A stretch of 64,000 nt of DNA from Folioceros fuciformis (Eukaryota), in the NCBI GenBank assembly GCA_049999805.1, contig JBNGIO010005394.1, forward strand, positions 42,576 to 106,575, read 5' to 3'. The notes beneath the pieces were generated by a model. The model was given only the letters and a program-made list of their open reading frames with translations, had not been told where the DNA came from and did not search any database. The stretch's first letter is position 1; each line of letters opens with the position of its first letter. The position numbers were made by a program, and so were the translations under genes. Shown piece after piece: positions 50,401 through 63,320 of the stretch.

Positions 50401-53400
50401 GCAACCTGTGTCTCACTGCAGTCTCTGCCAACTTTCCATTGCAGTCCTTTGGAGTTGTGTGATGATGGAGATATGACGGCTCAGCAATTCCAAATGCAGC
50501 CACAACACGGTATTACACTAGGGCTGCCCAACGTGGTGTCAGGAGGCGTCAGCTCAAGGCCTGGATCCGCGGGTATGCCTGGGTTGCCAGGTCTGCAGCT
50601 GAGCCCCCCAGTGACTCCCTCTTCAGTGACCATCCATTCTTCAGTCGCAAGGTACGTACTTGCCCACCCTTCTGCAGTGGACAGGTCCTGTCTATCCTTT
50701 AGAAAACGTGTTTCAATTGCTGCAAACCCTAACAGCTTGGTGAAGTGACTCGTGATGTTGACAGAGATGGTCAGAGACATGCCCCATTGAGGCCGATTGT
50801 GCAAGATGAGTCAAATCAAATGCGTTACACCCGAGCGCCATTGCATCGTGGCCTTCCTCAGCCAGGGCCATCAGTTGCTACTGGCTTGGCTATGATTGGA
50901 CAAAGTGATTGCATAGCTCCAGGTTTACCTGCCAGTGGTGCCTCTGGTATGATAAGTGGACTTAAGAGGGGGATGTCCTTACCGCGGCCAGGGCTTCCCA
51001 ATCTTGGCCCTGGCTTAAATTCATCAGGCCTTGGTGGTATGCTTCCTCCTGGTGGCGTGGGCATGAGCACGGGCATGAGTCCTGGAGCTGTTTCTGGTCA
51101 AATGAGTCTTGCAAGGAGGCCTAGAGATTCAGCACAACCGCGGGTAAGACTTTCTGTGGTGTGGCTCAGCTGTAGAGCAGTAGTTGATGGAAATTCTGCT
51201 AAGATTGTCTTGTGGTTGTTTTCATTTTCATTGACTTAAAGGTTTTCTTTTTGAGATGACAGTCCAGCCGATCAAGTGAGGAACAAAGGCAGATTTTGTT
51301 ACAAGAGCTTCAGCATCACGCTGTGCAGGGTAACCCTCAGGCAGCAGCAGCATTGAGCAACTTCAACAACTCTTTGTCCACTGCATTGATGTCTCCACCC
51401 CCGCAAAATTTTGCGCAGCAGCAACAGCTACCATCACCCCATGCACCAGGTATGCAGCATCAGCAACAACAGAGTCAGCTTCCGCACTCGCAGCAGCAGA
51501 CCCCCTACTTTGTCCAGGCAGCTCAAGAGAGGCAACTGCAGCAGCAACAAAGGATGCTACATCAGCAGCAGATCAGGCAGAACAGTAGCATTCAGTTACC
51601 GCAGTCATCGTCATCAGTTGCCCAGCATCAGCATCTACAGGGTCACATGCATCCTCAGCAGTCTCATATCTTGACACTGCAGCAACAGGTTGGCTCCCAG
51701 CAGATGTCAATTCCACAGCAGCAGCTGTTTCCCCCTTCCTCCATGTCAACCTCTTCGCTGCAGCATCCATCACCCCCTCATCTGTCCCTACCCTCTCAGG
51801 TTGCAGCATCACCCGCTTCGCATAGTGGTCAACAGCAGGTGCAGCAGGCGGCTTCTGCTGATCAGATGTCACATCTTCTTCTAGGCAAGGTACAATCTCC
51901 GAAGCAGGCACAGAAGAGTCAGCAAGCGCTCTTGCAAGCCCAATCAAGAGCAGTGAAAAGTTCGAGTCGTGGTGCCTCTATGGTACAAGGGCTCACAACT
52001 TCACAAGCTGCTTCCCCAAGCGGGCTCTCAGGGCACGTGACAATGCCTGCTCAAGTTCCTTCTCAGCAATTGCCCCAAATACAGGGACAAAGGTCACTCC
52101 AGGTTCAGACTCCAATACAGCTTGGCAAGCAGGCCTCACAACAGGCTCCAGTGGGTCAATCAACAGGGAAATCACCGTTACAAGGCCAAAGTCAAGGTCT
52201 ATGTCAACGTCAGGTTCCTGCCCAGGTTGTGACGCCTGCAGCTCTGCAGAAGCAGCAACAGCAGCCGCCCACCCAGCATCAGGTGTCAGCCACAACTACT
52301 AACAAGCAGCAAGGAGCAGGGAAGGTACAAGCAGCAGTGGGACCACTTGCATCAGTGGCACCACCAGTAAAGCGAGCTGCGGGACAGCCAGCACAACCAT
52401 CACCTTCATCAACCCCAGCAGCAACAGCGGGGCCTTCCCCCCAAATGCTGCCTCCACCACAACCATCTCCTGCACTTGGCACTCAGCCCCAGTCCAATGC
52501 AGCTTTGGTGCAGACAACTGGTCCGCCCCAGTCTCAACAAGCGCAGCTGCAGAATGCTCAGCGGAGGCTACCCCAACATCAGCAGGCTACGTACCGCAGG
52601 CTGCCTCTTCGACAACCTGCCACCTCGGTGGTTCAGCCTCCCCCTGGCCCACTGCCCTCCCAACCGATGCATGCACCTGGCGTCATGAATCCTTGCGTGC
52701 CCTTGTCTTCATCTTTCGGTTCAAGTGGTCCTGGAATGCAAAGTGTGCAGTGGAAGCCTAATCAGCCGCTGTCTCCGGTGTCAAGCAGCTTGTACCAGTC
52801 GAAAAGATGTAGCAGTAGTGGCACAGCAACCAACACGTCACCCGTGCAGTCGGCAAATGCAAATTTGGGGGCGTCATTATCGAGTCCGACCCTGCTAAGC
52901 CATGGATCCGGGACAGGTGGTGTAGCATCACAGCAGCTTTCATCAGGACAGGGAGGAGCAGGTCATGGACCGAGCCTTGTTGTAGCTGGTGCAGGAAATG
53001 CTAGAGGTGGACAGCCAGTAGGTCAGCGAGCAGAATCAGTCTCAGTTGATGCGCATGGTGGAACGTTGGCTGTGAAAAGTCTGGGTTCTGGGTCAGTCAG
53101 GTCGACATACTCACCAGCTCCGGCAGTTCCTGGTGCTCCACTGGTGCCCACAGTGGGTGGAGGAGCTTCTTCTGGAGCTTCAACATTTCAAGGGAATCCT
53201 TCTTCAGGGTCAGCTCCGACATCATCTTCGATGCGATATGGAGTGCAGGTAAATGTCAAAGTGTAGTATGTTTTGCCTGTCTTGTTTGTTCGTGGGGGCA
53301 ATGGGAGAGAGAAAGGTGAAAGGCCACTAGTGGTTTTGTACAGGAACGTGTACGTCTTTGGAATGATAAGAGCAGGTGAAAGCTGTAAGACTGATCAAAT

Positions 53401-53481
53401 CAATTTCTACACAGACCCGAACACCTCTCTCACATTTTCCTACAACAGGTGGAGTCCTGCAGAAGCCCGGGGTCTCAATGA
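44412..53481 (+). CDS. EAF1: Chromatin modification-related protein EAF1 (NuA4/TIP60 scaffold; HSA + Myb/SANT + Q-rich tail), multi-exon
   Basis: Exons 44412-44500, 44740-44794 and 45132- give SPRLAAIEKAQAELR..REERRRELEFLEKGGNPLDF. HSA SHWDYVLQEMTWMANDFMQ|ERSWK (~46930-47100). SANT WSVGEDQ|...NWELVSD|GIFRKPKHCRERHK (49400-49760). Q/P-rich exon ~51262-53249; last exon probably 53449-53481. Some internal splice sites are uncertain. Confidence 0.92.
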
Positions 53482-55241
53482 CATCAGCAGCTCTTAATAC
53501 GGCCTGTATGTCCGCAGCAGGTGCAGTTGGGCCCCCAACTATGGGATCTCAAGACCCTGCTGTGGATCAGTGAGTGTAAGGCAGCGCTGCGCCGGGACTT
53601 GTTGCAGCTTTCATCCCCTATGAAATGAGGAGGTGGTGATGCAGATCAATGGTTATGGTGATAATTGGATTGGAAGGGAACATTCCCTGATTCGTCAGTA
53701 GTACAAGATGCTGCGTTTGTTCTGCGACATGAGGGTTAAGCAAATGAGTTGCCATGTAGTGGTCAATAGTGATTTTGCTGTTTTCTTGGTGAGGTGGTAG
53801 CCACCCTTGACAATGAGCGGCTTTTGCATGACCTTGTATTTTTAGGGGCCCTCACCTCCTTGCCAGGACGACGATGCCCAACCCCCTTTAGGAACTAATA
53901 CATCCAGTAGAAGTGGGATTCACCTTGTCTATTACATGTAGTAGCAGTAACACGGCTGGCTGGAAAGTTTTGGTCACAGCCAAGAAAAATGGACCGAAGT
54001 GATGTCCCTGATCAATAGATGGAAATTTTCATTCACGTCGACCAAGGATTGCTGAGTTGAAGGGGGCTCAATATTCCATGTTGAGAGTATTGTACATCAG
54101 GTATTGTAATGTGTGGGACAAATGTGACTGATTGTTTGAAGTAAGCAAGAGTTACTTACATGTGGCCCTTTTATCCGCAGCTATGTAGATGAAGATGCGA
54201 TTGAGTATTGTAGGATCGAGAGTACATGATGATATTTGAGTCAAACCAGCCCAAGAATTGGTCTGCCCTTTCTCGACTTTCTGGGTGAGGTGCTTGTGTT
54301 TGGGCATGTGTATCTGTTTGTGTTTGGTGTAGTGGGTACGAGCGTGTACTTTTCGGAAACTCGATGATGTGTTAGAGTCGGGGCTCTTCTCGTGTGGCAT
54401 AGCTATGGCATGTGCCTTCCTTCCTTCCGTGTCATTCTTTCTGCCGGTTTCGGTTCCGGTTCCGGTCCCTGTCCGATACACATCATAGCGCAAACCGGGA
54501 CGGGTGATCCCCGGGATTTGCTTATTACACCGATCTCGGTCAATGACAAAAACAATTTGGGGGTTAGTCGCTTCGGTCCCTTTCATGTCTCGGACTTGGC
54601 GACACTCCATTTTTTGTGGTCGATTTATACTTATTTTAATATTTATCAATGACACTTTCGAATTATGTAGAGATGAGAATACTGTAGTTCCGTACAGACC
54701 GTGGCTAAGGACCTTATGAAAACCTCGAGCCAAGGGAGAGTAGTGTGTGTTATACGGCCACCTACGGCCATAATCCTAGCCCCTTGTTTTGGGGTGCCCT
54801 TAGGGCCATTTCGCATGAGTCTCAACCCGGTCCCGGCTAATTTGCCCGGGTCCGGGTTCCGGTGTTCACATGTATTCTCTAAACGCATGTTGTTCTCGTA
54901 GTAGGTCTAAATGCATGTTGTTGTCGTAGTCGGTCAACTGGAATAGCAGGTTTTTAAGATGTGAGGCATCTTTCTTTTCGTGTTTATGAAGGTGTGAGAG
55001 CACCGAGTTATGGATGCATCTTTGATGAAGACAATGATGCCATTCTTGGTCCCTGTTATAGCCGTGCTCGTTACTATGCTTGGCGATCCAAAGTGCCTTC
55101 CAGATTGGGTGATACTAAATCCTAAACCATCCGATTTGATAACCCTACAATCGAAGGTCACGAATTTAGAGCTTTAGGAAGCAATCCTTGGACTGAATGG
55201 CTGCATAGTGCTTCTTGCCTCCTTCAATAGAATCCCTCTAG

Positions 55242-56234
55242 GTGTGTCCTATGGATTGCAGTACGGTGCCTACTACATCAAGCCTCATGTCAAGGATATT
55301 TTGCTTTTTGTATAAAGGTGTTGTTGCTATTACAGATGAAGCTAGATTCAAGCACTTTTTCCGATTTAAGCCAAGCCCATTCACCTACATATGTGGATTG
55401 GTAAGTCCTGAGATGCTCACTGAATGTGTTGATGGCTTCAGCAACATACTAGATAGAGTCCTAGATATTGATAAACAAGTTCTTGTGCCTTTACAGAGAT
55501 TGGCAAGTGGAGATAATTACTTCAGTGTGGGTGAATTGTTTGGTCTTGGCACTAGCATTGTTCACTATGTTTGCACAAGATTTGTAAGAGCCCTTCTCAT
55601 CTGTGGTGAAGTCCACTTGGCATGGCCTAGTGACCAAGGTTTGGCTTTGGTCAAAAAAGGGTTTCTCAATATGCATGGAATTCCTAATTGTTGTGGAGCT
55701 ATCGATGCTACTCACTTCAAGGTGGAACTTGGAGCTCAGGAATTTGCCAAAGATTGGTATGAAAGGTACGGCAAGTACATTATGGCTATGCAAGCCATTG
55801 TAAGGCCTGACAGGCGGTTTTTGGACATCGTAATTGGTTGGCCAAGTAGTGCGAATGATGCTCGAATTTTCAAAAACTCTAGTTTTTACCAGGCTGTGTT
55901 TTCTGGTGCAAGATTGCATGGTCTTATAGTTCTTTTGCCAGGTGGGTTTGTACTTGAATTTCTTTTAGGAGATGCCATCTACCTTCTTTTAGGAGATACC
56001 AGCTACCCTGATAAGCCCTAGTTGATCACACCAGTACCAGGACGTGGATTGGATACAAAGTGTGATTTATTCAATTACAAGCAGTCCTCAAGTAGGATGG
56101 TCGTAGAATGTGCCTTTGGAGACGTAAAATATGTTTGGAAAATTCTAGGACGCAAGACATGGAGAATGAAGGTTGAAAATTTTGCCAAGATTACATATGT
56201 TTGTTGTATTTTACACAACATTGCTATAAACTGA
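55242..56234 (+). pseudogene. Harbinger (HARBI1-like) DDE transposase
   Basis: CCGAIDATH, FLDIVIGWPSSANDARIF, LLGD.SYP, FNYKQSSSRMVVECAFG and CCILHN; in-frame TAG at 56019-56021. Confidence 0.9.
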
Positions 56235-56559
56235 GGTGACCGTGTGGATTCAAGACTATATGAGGAATACTCACACTCTTGGAATGAAGACACTGTGCAA
56301 GCACATGGTTTGGTTGTAGACAATGTTGCATAATAACACATAATACGATCAGTCTTAAATTGAACATGTGTGGAATGCTACTCCACATCATGAGAGGGGT
56401 AGACGTCACAGCTACTAGAATTGTGGTCTAGTTAGTTAGTTCTATTTGTGTGTTGCTTTAACTATGGATTCTCCTAAGAATCTTAAGCTATCTTCTATAC
56501 TGGCCATAGCATTATTGTAACATGTGTTGCTACTGGTTCATACTTTTACAGATTCTTAT

Positions 56560-58010
56560 TTCCAACTCTAATATCTCATTATGTCTCTTCATCTCGAACC
56601 GAATAGTCTCAGTGTGTCTCTCTTACATTGATTCCACCAACATCTCATTGTTTTGATGCAAAGTGGGGAGCAACCCTTGAACACTTTTGGAGACCTTTCT
56701 CCTCTTCTTAGAAAAGGCCTCTTTCATAGGAGAAGTACCTATATTGTTATTTTCCACATCATAACTTGTATCCATTGCGTCTGTTTCATTTTGTCCATCA
56801 GTTTCATCGAAACCAATAGTTCCATGCAAACTAGCATCGTCGAACAACGCAAATTCCTTCTAGTTTGTAGCACTCTCTAAATTGATGCTAGATGAATAAA
56901 AAACAAGCCTGACAAGAAGCTGCTAGGGAGGTCGGGACATGTGATATGTTCATTCTGCAGTCGAGAATGCTAGGACTCCTGAGACTACTTACACTACTAT
57001 GCTCGAGCACAAGAAGGAAGGTAAGCCAAGTTCACATTCTTATCTTTCAGTTTGTCCCTTAGCACAATATGGATAATAGCTATTATTCCCTTTTATTTCA
57101 TTAATTTGGGAACGTAGTTATTACGAATAATAGACAGATTCAAGTAGCTAGAAAAAGGCTACAACCCAGCAATTGTGAGCATGCTGGAAAACCCTAGGAA
57201 GGCACTAACACCAGAAGGCAAGGGGCAAGGAAGTTAGTCTTTGAAGTTGCACTTGGAGAGCGCCATAGCTAGAGGAGAAAGGTCCTGTACTCGTGTGTCA
57301 TGAATACAGAGTTGGTTTTCCGTGTGCTCCTCGGATTGGTGCGAAGGTGTGACTAATGAACTCCCAGCTAGCACGAGCGTACCCTGTGCTGGCCAAATTG
57401 CTTACATTGCAACTTTGGTGATTCCCTCTCATCACAAAGGAAAACACTTCGAGGAAGCCATAGGTGCTCCATTAGCTCTAACTTGCTCCCATGAGCATGA
57501 CTCAATTTCTTTTTGATGGAGTTGTTCTTGAATTGCAAGACTGCCAGGACAAAGCATATTCAGGACTATCCTTTCCAGGACTCCCCGAATCTTGCCAACT
57601 TGCTACTTTTCATGACAAACCCTTCTACATTGACAACACGACTCTCACCACACCAAGAATTGTATATGACCATTGTCATGATCATATGCAATTTGAAAGA
57701 AATTGGCAGGTAGACCATAACTTGTCTAGTTTTGGAATCCATCGTCTAATATTTGTCTTTCCTATTGCAAATGGTCTTCTGGAAGTCACTGATTTTTTTT
57801 GTAATCTGTGAAGAGAGCCTCCCACTTGTTCTGGCATTGGGCAGCTATCCATGTGATGCCTTGATCGAGGTACTAGGCTGCAATAGTTAGCCATCGTTGG
57901 CCTCTCATCTTGCTTCACTCTTTGCTTCCTCTAGCTTGATATTTGTCCATGTCATTCCTTCTTGTAGCCTAAAATACTACCTATTCTTCCACTGTCCAGT
58001 GCCTCCGCAA
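56560..58010 (-). pseudogene. Harbinger ORF2, trihelix-type Myb/SANT DNA-binding protein (decayed)
   Basis: Minus strand reads RRHWTVEE*V (~57975-58010) and RWLTIAA*YLDQGITWIAAQCQNKWEALFTDYKK (57795-57897). An acidic/NLS segment AFSKKRRK lies at 56623-56847. Confidence 0.7.
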
Positions 58011-58887
58011 TTTCTTCGGAGACTGATGTGATAGGTCTTGTAAGAATGGTTAGCCTAAATTGGAGTGTGGCTGAGAAAATGGTACATCAGATGGACTGCC
58101 ATGCTGTCCATTTCTTGATGCAAAAGGAGATATATGAAATCCTCAGATGACACAAATGGGGAAGACATTCCGAAGTGTGTATGATTCCACAAGAAAGGCC
58201 CAACAGAAATGAACGCGAACAAGCATGAAACTAAGAGCTGTGGAGAGAGAAGGAAGAGAGAGGTAATTGATCAACCAAGCCAAAACCCAACCCGAAACTC
58301 CAATACCTACCACTAATCATGTTCCATAAGCAAGCGAACCTAGCCCCACCTACTTTTTTTGGGTGGCCGGGTAGTTCTCGTTTTGTCATTTAGCGTAGCC
58401 CAGGCCCGAGTCCAAGCTCACACGAAACCACCCTTAGCTTGGCTCTTGCCTCTTTTTTCTTCATCAGAATTATTCATAACTTGGAATGGGGAAGGGTCTT
58501 TCTTTTTGAGGTATATGGATTTCTATTTGTTTCTTATAATAAAGTCTCTACAATTCTAAGTAGTTTCTCTTTCTTCCCTCCTCTTTCTCTTCTTACCCTC
58601 TTCTTAAAATCGCATGTCATAGTTTCCCATCATACCCCTCTAATGTCAAAGGAGATTTTAGACCCAAGCAACTAGGATTGTCCTATTGACTGTAGCAATT
58701 ATGCACTTATGGAAATGCTTTGTTAATTTGTAAGTTGTGTATATGGCAATGTTGCAATTAACCAATCCACGCCCAACAAAAGTCTTTGTATGAAGATGCA
58801 ACAAAAGTCTTCACTTAAAGATGTTGTCAATGGCAATCTAACTTGCTACACTTAGAGATCATCAGTTCCTCATCCAAATTGACTTTG

Positions 58888-59168
58888 TGTAGGGTTATTA
58901 AAGCCCAATGTGCCTAGACTAATGTGTTTAGTCTAAGATTAGTGTCTAGTTAAGTACCATTAGTCTAGATTAGCTTAAGCTAATCTATAGGAAGCTTCTT
59001 GCGCAGCTTCCTGTGCGCTTCTTGTGAAGCCTCCTAGGGAGCTCTTCTAGAGGGTATAAATACCCTCTTGAGCTCCCTTTCTATTGTGACTCTATTGTGA
59101 GAGTGTGACCTCTTTTTCTCCTCCTCCTCTCCTCTTCTTCACTATGTAGCTCCTAGAGCGTTCCTTCA
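58888..59168 (+). mobile_element. Solo LTR of the element A family with perfect 5-bp TSD
   Basis: Homologous to 9582-9853; CTTTG at 58883-58887 and 59169-59173. Confidence 0.95.
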
Positions 59169-61127
59169 CTTTGAACACACCTAGGTCTAGCTAGTCAAAA
59201 TGCACAAATTTTCATGGCCAAAGTGTCATAAATGACAAACTTTCTAGCTGGTTAACCTTGGCCCTACAATAAAAGGGTTTTGAAGGGCTTTACTTTCAAT
59301 CAAGACTTGGTGTATAAGTCACCCAATGCTCATCCTAAAGCTAGCTTAAACATGGAGAAATTTGAAGCAAGTCAATATACCAACCCTCTTTCACTTCTTA
59401 TGAACCCATTTTAGACAATTTTTTGACACTAATGAAATAACATGATTTGAAGGTGGGTTAAATTTCAAGGCCTCGTGGCCAAGCTTATTGAAAATAATGA
59501 ATTGGGCTTCCATTGGACACAATAGGCCACAAACAGGAGTATTGTGCTTGTATGAAAATAATCAATAGTGAAAATTTCATAGCCTTGTAGCTAGGCTTAT
59601 CAAATGTAATGAATTATGGTTACATTAGACATGGCTAGTCACATACAAGAGATGGGGGGTGGCATGCCAACATCTGAAGAAATCCCAAGTGATTCCTACT
59701 CTATGATTATCTTAGTATTTTATAGAGTTAAAGAAATTATAATGCACAACTCAAAAGTACATGCTTTGGTTATGTACCTAGCCCATTTGATGAGGTTAAA
59801 TTGAACTCCACACTTATTCAAATTGAGTAGATATACAAACCTAGCACTTGGACTGGGCATTTAGTTCCACAACAATCGCACAATTCCTAATTTCCCACAA
59901 AGAATCTCTTTTGGGTGGCTGTGGTGGTCATAGTACTAAAGCTAAGGTTACATGGTGTATGCTTGCATCATGTAAAATAATTAAAAAGAAAAAGTGCAGA
60001 ATCCTAGTCCACCATAACTTGGAACCATGAAACACATCTTAATTAGACAAAACTTTGGACACAAAAGACACATGGAAATTATAGCTTAGCAATTGCAATA
60101 GTTGGCCCTATAGCATATCCACCTCGTCAGTCTAGGGCATGCAGTCAACAACTACAATAGTTGCTCCAATGTCACCTCATACTATATTGTGTTACATATT
60201 GTTAATGTAATCCAGCATGCCAACATTCCCTTATTATAAGCAATAGAGGACCCCAACTGGTTGAGCTTAGAAAGGGTGTCATTCACAACCTAGCCTATGA
60301 ATGATGTCGACAACTTCTGCCCACAATCATTGGGAGTGTGTTGGCAAGCTAGTGCTCTCCTCATAGCTGGCAAGCTAGAGCCCTTCCCCCACCCTCTTGT
60401 TGGCAGGGTGCTAGTTGGGCTTCTTTCTTTCAAAAGTGTAAAACTTTTATAATTGAATTTGTTTGATGTCAAATAGCCTTGTTTGAGGTCATAGGTTGGA
60501 ACCAAACCAAATATGGAAGACCATCATTTTGCATCAAAACTTCTTGTTAACATATTAGAGGAGGGCTCAATGAGCCTAGGGGGTATCTAGGTTCTCATTC
60601 ATGTGTATTGAAGTAGCAATTTGTAGTCTACCACAGAAGCCTATTACTACGTGGTGGAGATACTTGCTACTTTGCAACTCAATTATTATCTTCCTTCTAC
60701 AATGAATCACTCCTTAAAGTGTCTAGAAAAAGGTTTTATGCTCTTGTAACCCCAATAGAAGTATGTCATACCACATTGTAATGATGGACATAAAAAGACC
60801 GCAATTTGTGCACATAGACATTTGGTCTATGTAGCCATGTAAGCCCCGCATAATTCATTGTGTATGACTATAGATCAAAAAAGGGAATTTCAAATCCTCA
60901 TATTGTAATTGTTTCAAAGAAATCTATTTTAAAGAAAAGTATGCAATCTTTAAAATGGTAATGGACACCAATAAATGTAGAGAGGAAAGGCTAGATATAG
61001 TTGGAGGTGTCCTTGAAAATGTGGGAGATGAGTTGTTGAGAGAAGAGGGAAGGGGTTGACGCATGTGGTCATGCGAAGTCCACTTTGTCTAAGTCTTGAT
61101 TGTCACTTCATGTGTAACATTGTTTTT

Positions 61128-61545
61128 AGTCAGGCCATAAAAGGATGCTTGCATGCTAGTTAGGCCAGAAAAGGATGCGTGCATCTTGGTCATGCCATAA
61201 AAGGACACGGACATGCTAGTTAGGCCAGAAAAGGATGCCTGCATCTTGGTCATGCCATAAAAGGATATTGACATGCTAATTAGGCCAGAAAAGGATGCCT
61301 GCATCTTGGTCATGCCATAAAAGGACATTGACATGCTTGTTAGGCCAGAAAAGGATGCTTGCATCTTGGTCATGCCATAAAAGGACACTAACATACTAGT
61401 TAGGCCATAAAAGGACGCAGAAATGCTAGTCAAGACATAAAAGGATGCATGCGTCCTGGTCATGCTCTAAAAGGACACTGACATGTTAGTCATGCCATAA
61501 AAAGATGCCAGCATGCTAGTCAAGCCATCAAAGAATGCCGGCATG
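61128..61545. repeat. 30-bp minisatellite with 60-bp dimeric higher-order structure
   Basis: Alternating aaggatgcctgcatcttggtcatgccataa and aaggacactgacatgctagttaggccagaa, about 14 monomers. Confidence 0.9.
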
Positions 61546-62069
61546 TTGTTAGCCTTGCACTAAGATTTTCACATACATTAACTTACTTAGGAAATTGGCG
61601 ATCTACCAGTAAACTGTGTATCTTGTTGGAGAAAATGTTTTCACCAATAAGAGCATTTCACATTTTAGTGACCCATATATGATCTCATTTGTAAACAAAC
61701 AAAACACCCTACTATGACAGAAACTCATGACTTTATTCATGCATATTCTGATACATTAAACAAAAAAAATACCCTACAGTGACATGCATACTCTAATATA
61801 TTAAACAAAGAGAATACCCTACTATGACAAAAACTTAATTGAATAACAAGGTCTAGTCAAAACGGTCGGATTCCACAAAGCTCGTTTGGCACATTTTATT
61901 GTGAGTATTATCCTAGCTTTGTACTTGCTTTTTACCATTTTTTGAAAAAGTTATGTGCGTGGACATGTCTACATTGATTATTTGTCACTTATTTTATTTA
62001 TTTATAGTAAGCGATGCTTCAACTTCTTAATTTTAAAATAGAAAACCAAAATATGTTCAGTAGGCTGTA

Positions 62070-63320
62070 AGGAGTGCCCTGACCTACCGGCGTACTCTTG
62101 TAATAGCATTGACAACCTTGTGTCATAAACCCTGGAATGATGTATATACTGAATGTTAACACTTAAATAATTTTTTCATACCTTAGGACTAACATCATAT
62201 TTCATTGTTCAAGATTGTTTAAACAGGATTTTCACACATACACAGGGTCATCCAAATTCGCTTCAAAATCCACTACAACGTCTAAGTCTTCGAGACGTTG
62301 AGCATCCATGTATTTAAAATCATCTTGGAGATGGTCGGCACCGGATGATCGTATTCCACAAAGCTCATTTGGTACATTTTGGATATGATATCCCAAATAG
62401 TTATCCATTTTTAATCATGTTTCCCAAAAACTAGGCTAGCTTGACATATCTATTTTTCCAATTAAATAATAAGGACTTTGCTATGGCTACTACCTTCTGC
62501 CTATTCAAATAATGATTTTCTTGTTTTCCTTTGAAGATGCAGCGGTAGATAAGTGCACTCACTCAACAATAACAGTAAAACATCCTGTGATTTATTAACT
62601 CAATGATGTTTTGAAATACACTTAATGTGTTCCACATTTAACCACAGATGAACGTTGTTTCTAAAAACTACGATACAAGTTCACTTATACCAATCATATT
62701 GAAAAAACTATTTTCATACGAAGGAGTGTACCAGCAAACTGACGCACTCCTTTCATTTTTTTCATTTTTTCATGAGATTGAAAAATATTCACTCATATTT
62801 TCATATAAAAGAGTGCGTCTTGTATCATAACGTGGCGCCAACTTCTAAACCATTCCCCATCTATGTATAACCCAATGTTATTGATAATCTATATTGATGG
62901 TAAAAAAATGCATGGGCCTTTGATGTTAGTGCAGAGTGCACTGGTTTACCAGCACACTCTTGAAGGAAATGTCCGAAATCAAGAACCATGGAACATTGAC
63001 ACTGTACTTCTAATGCAGATTTGTAATTTTATTAAGGCATGTGTCAGCAACCTAATTCAGAAAGAACTATACGTCCCGAAACGCGACCGGAAAACACTTC
63101 CGCCTGAAAATGACGAAGTCTTGTTAGACGTTTAGATCAAACTATTTAGTGAAAACTAATATAATCTCTTTCGTTGTGAAAGGATGTCCAGTTCAGCTTT
63201 TCATTCACATGTAATGAGAATAGGGCATTGTGCGCTGATATACCGATGCACATATCATGCTCGTGCGTCAGTCTATAGGCGCACTATGAGATAGTGCACT
63301 GGTTGACTGGCGCACTATCA
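62070..63320. repeat. Dispersed copies of the GTGCGCCGG-N4-CCGGCGCAC palindrome family
   Basis: Degenerate copies at ~62072, 62724, 62934, 63229, 63263 and 63292. Confidence 0.65.

Larger units (their letters stand above)
54380..58435. mobile_element. PIF/Harbinger DNA transposon (boundaries approximate)
   Basis: Convergent transposase (+) and Myb/SANT gene (-). CCGGG/AACCCG-rich tracts at ~54440-54865 and ~58280-58430. TIRs not confidently identified. Confidence 0.7.

Noticed and set aside
25702-53000. Short antisense or alternate-frame ORFs inside PPR, the membrane gene and EAF1
   Set aside because: Shadows of real coding sequence with no independent motifs.
54375-58436. Candidate Harbinger TIRs (gggctcttctcgtgt / acacgaaaccaccc + TTA)
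   Set aside because: Only a partial match, with no matching TTA/TAA on the left, so the boundaries are left approximate.
59200-60800. Possible decayed L1 LINE on the minus strand
   Set aside because: Only vague motif echoes (RYPLG, GWGKG); too degraded to support.
61089-61463. Repetitive ORFs here and at 31229-31567 and 38564-38875
   Set aside because: By-products of tandem repeats whose period is divisible by three.
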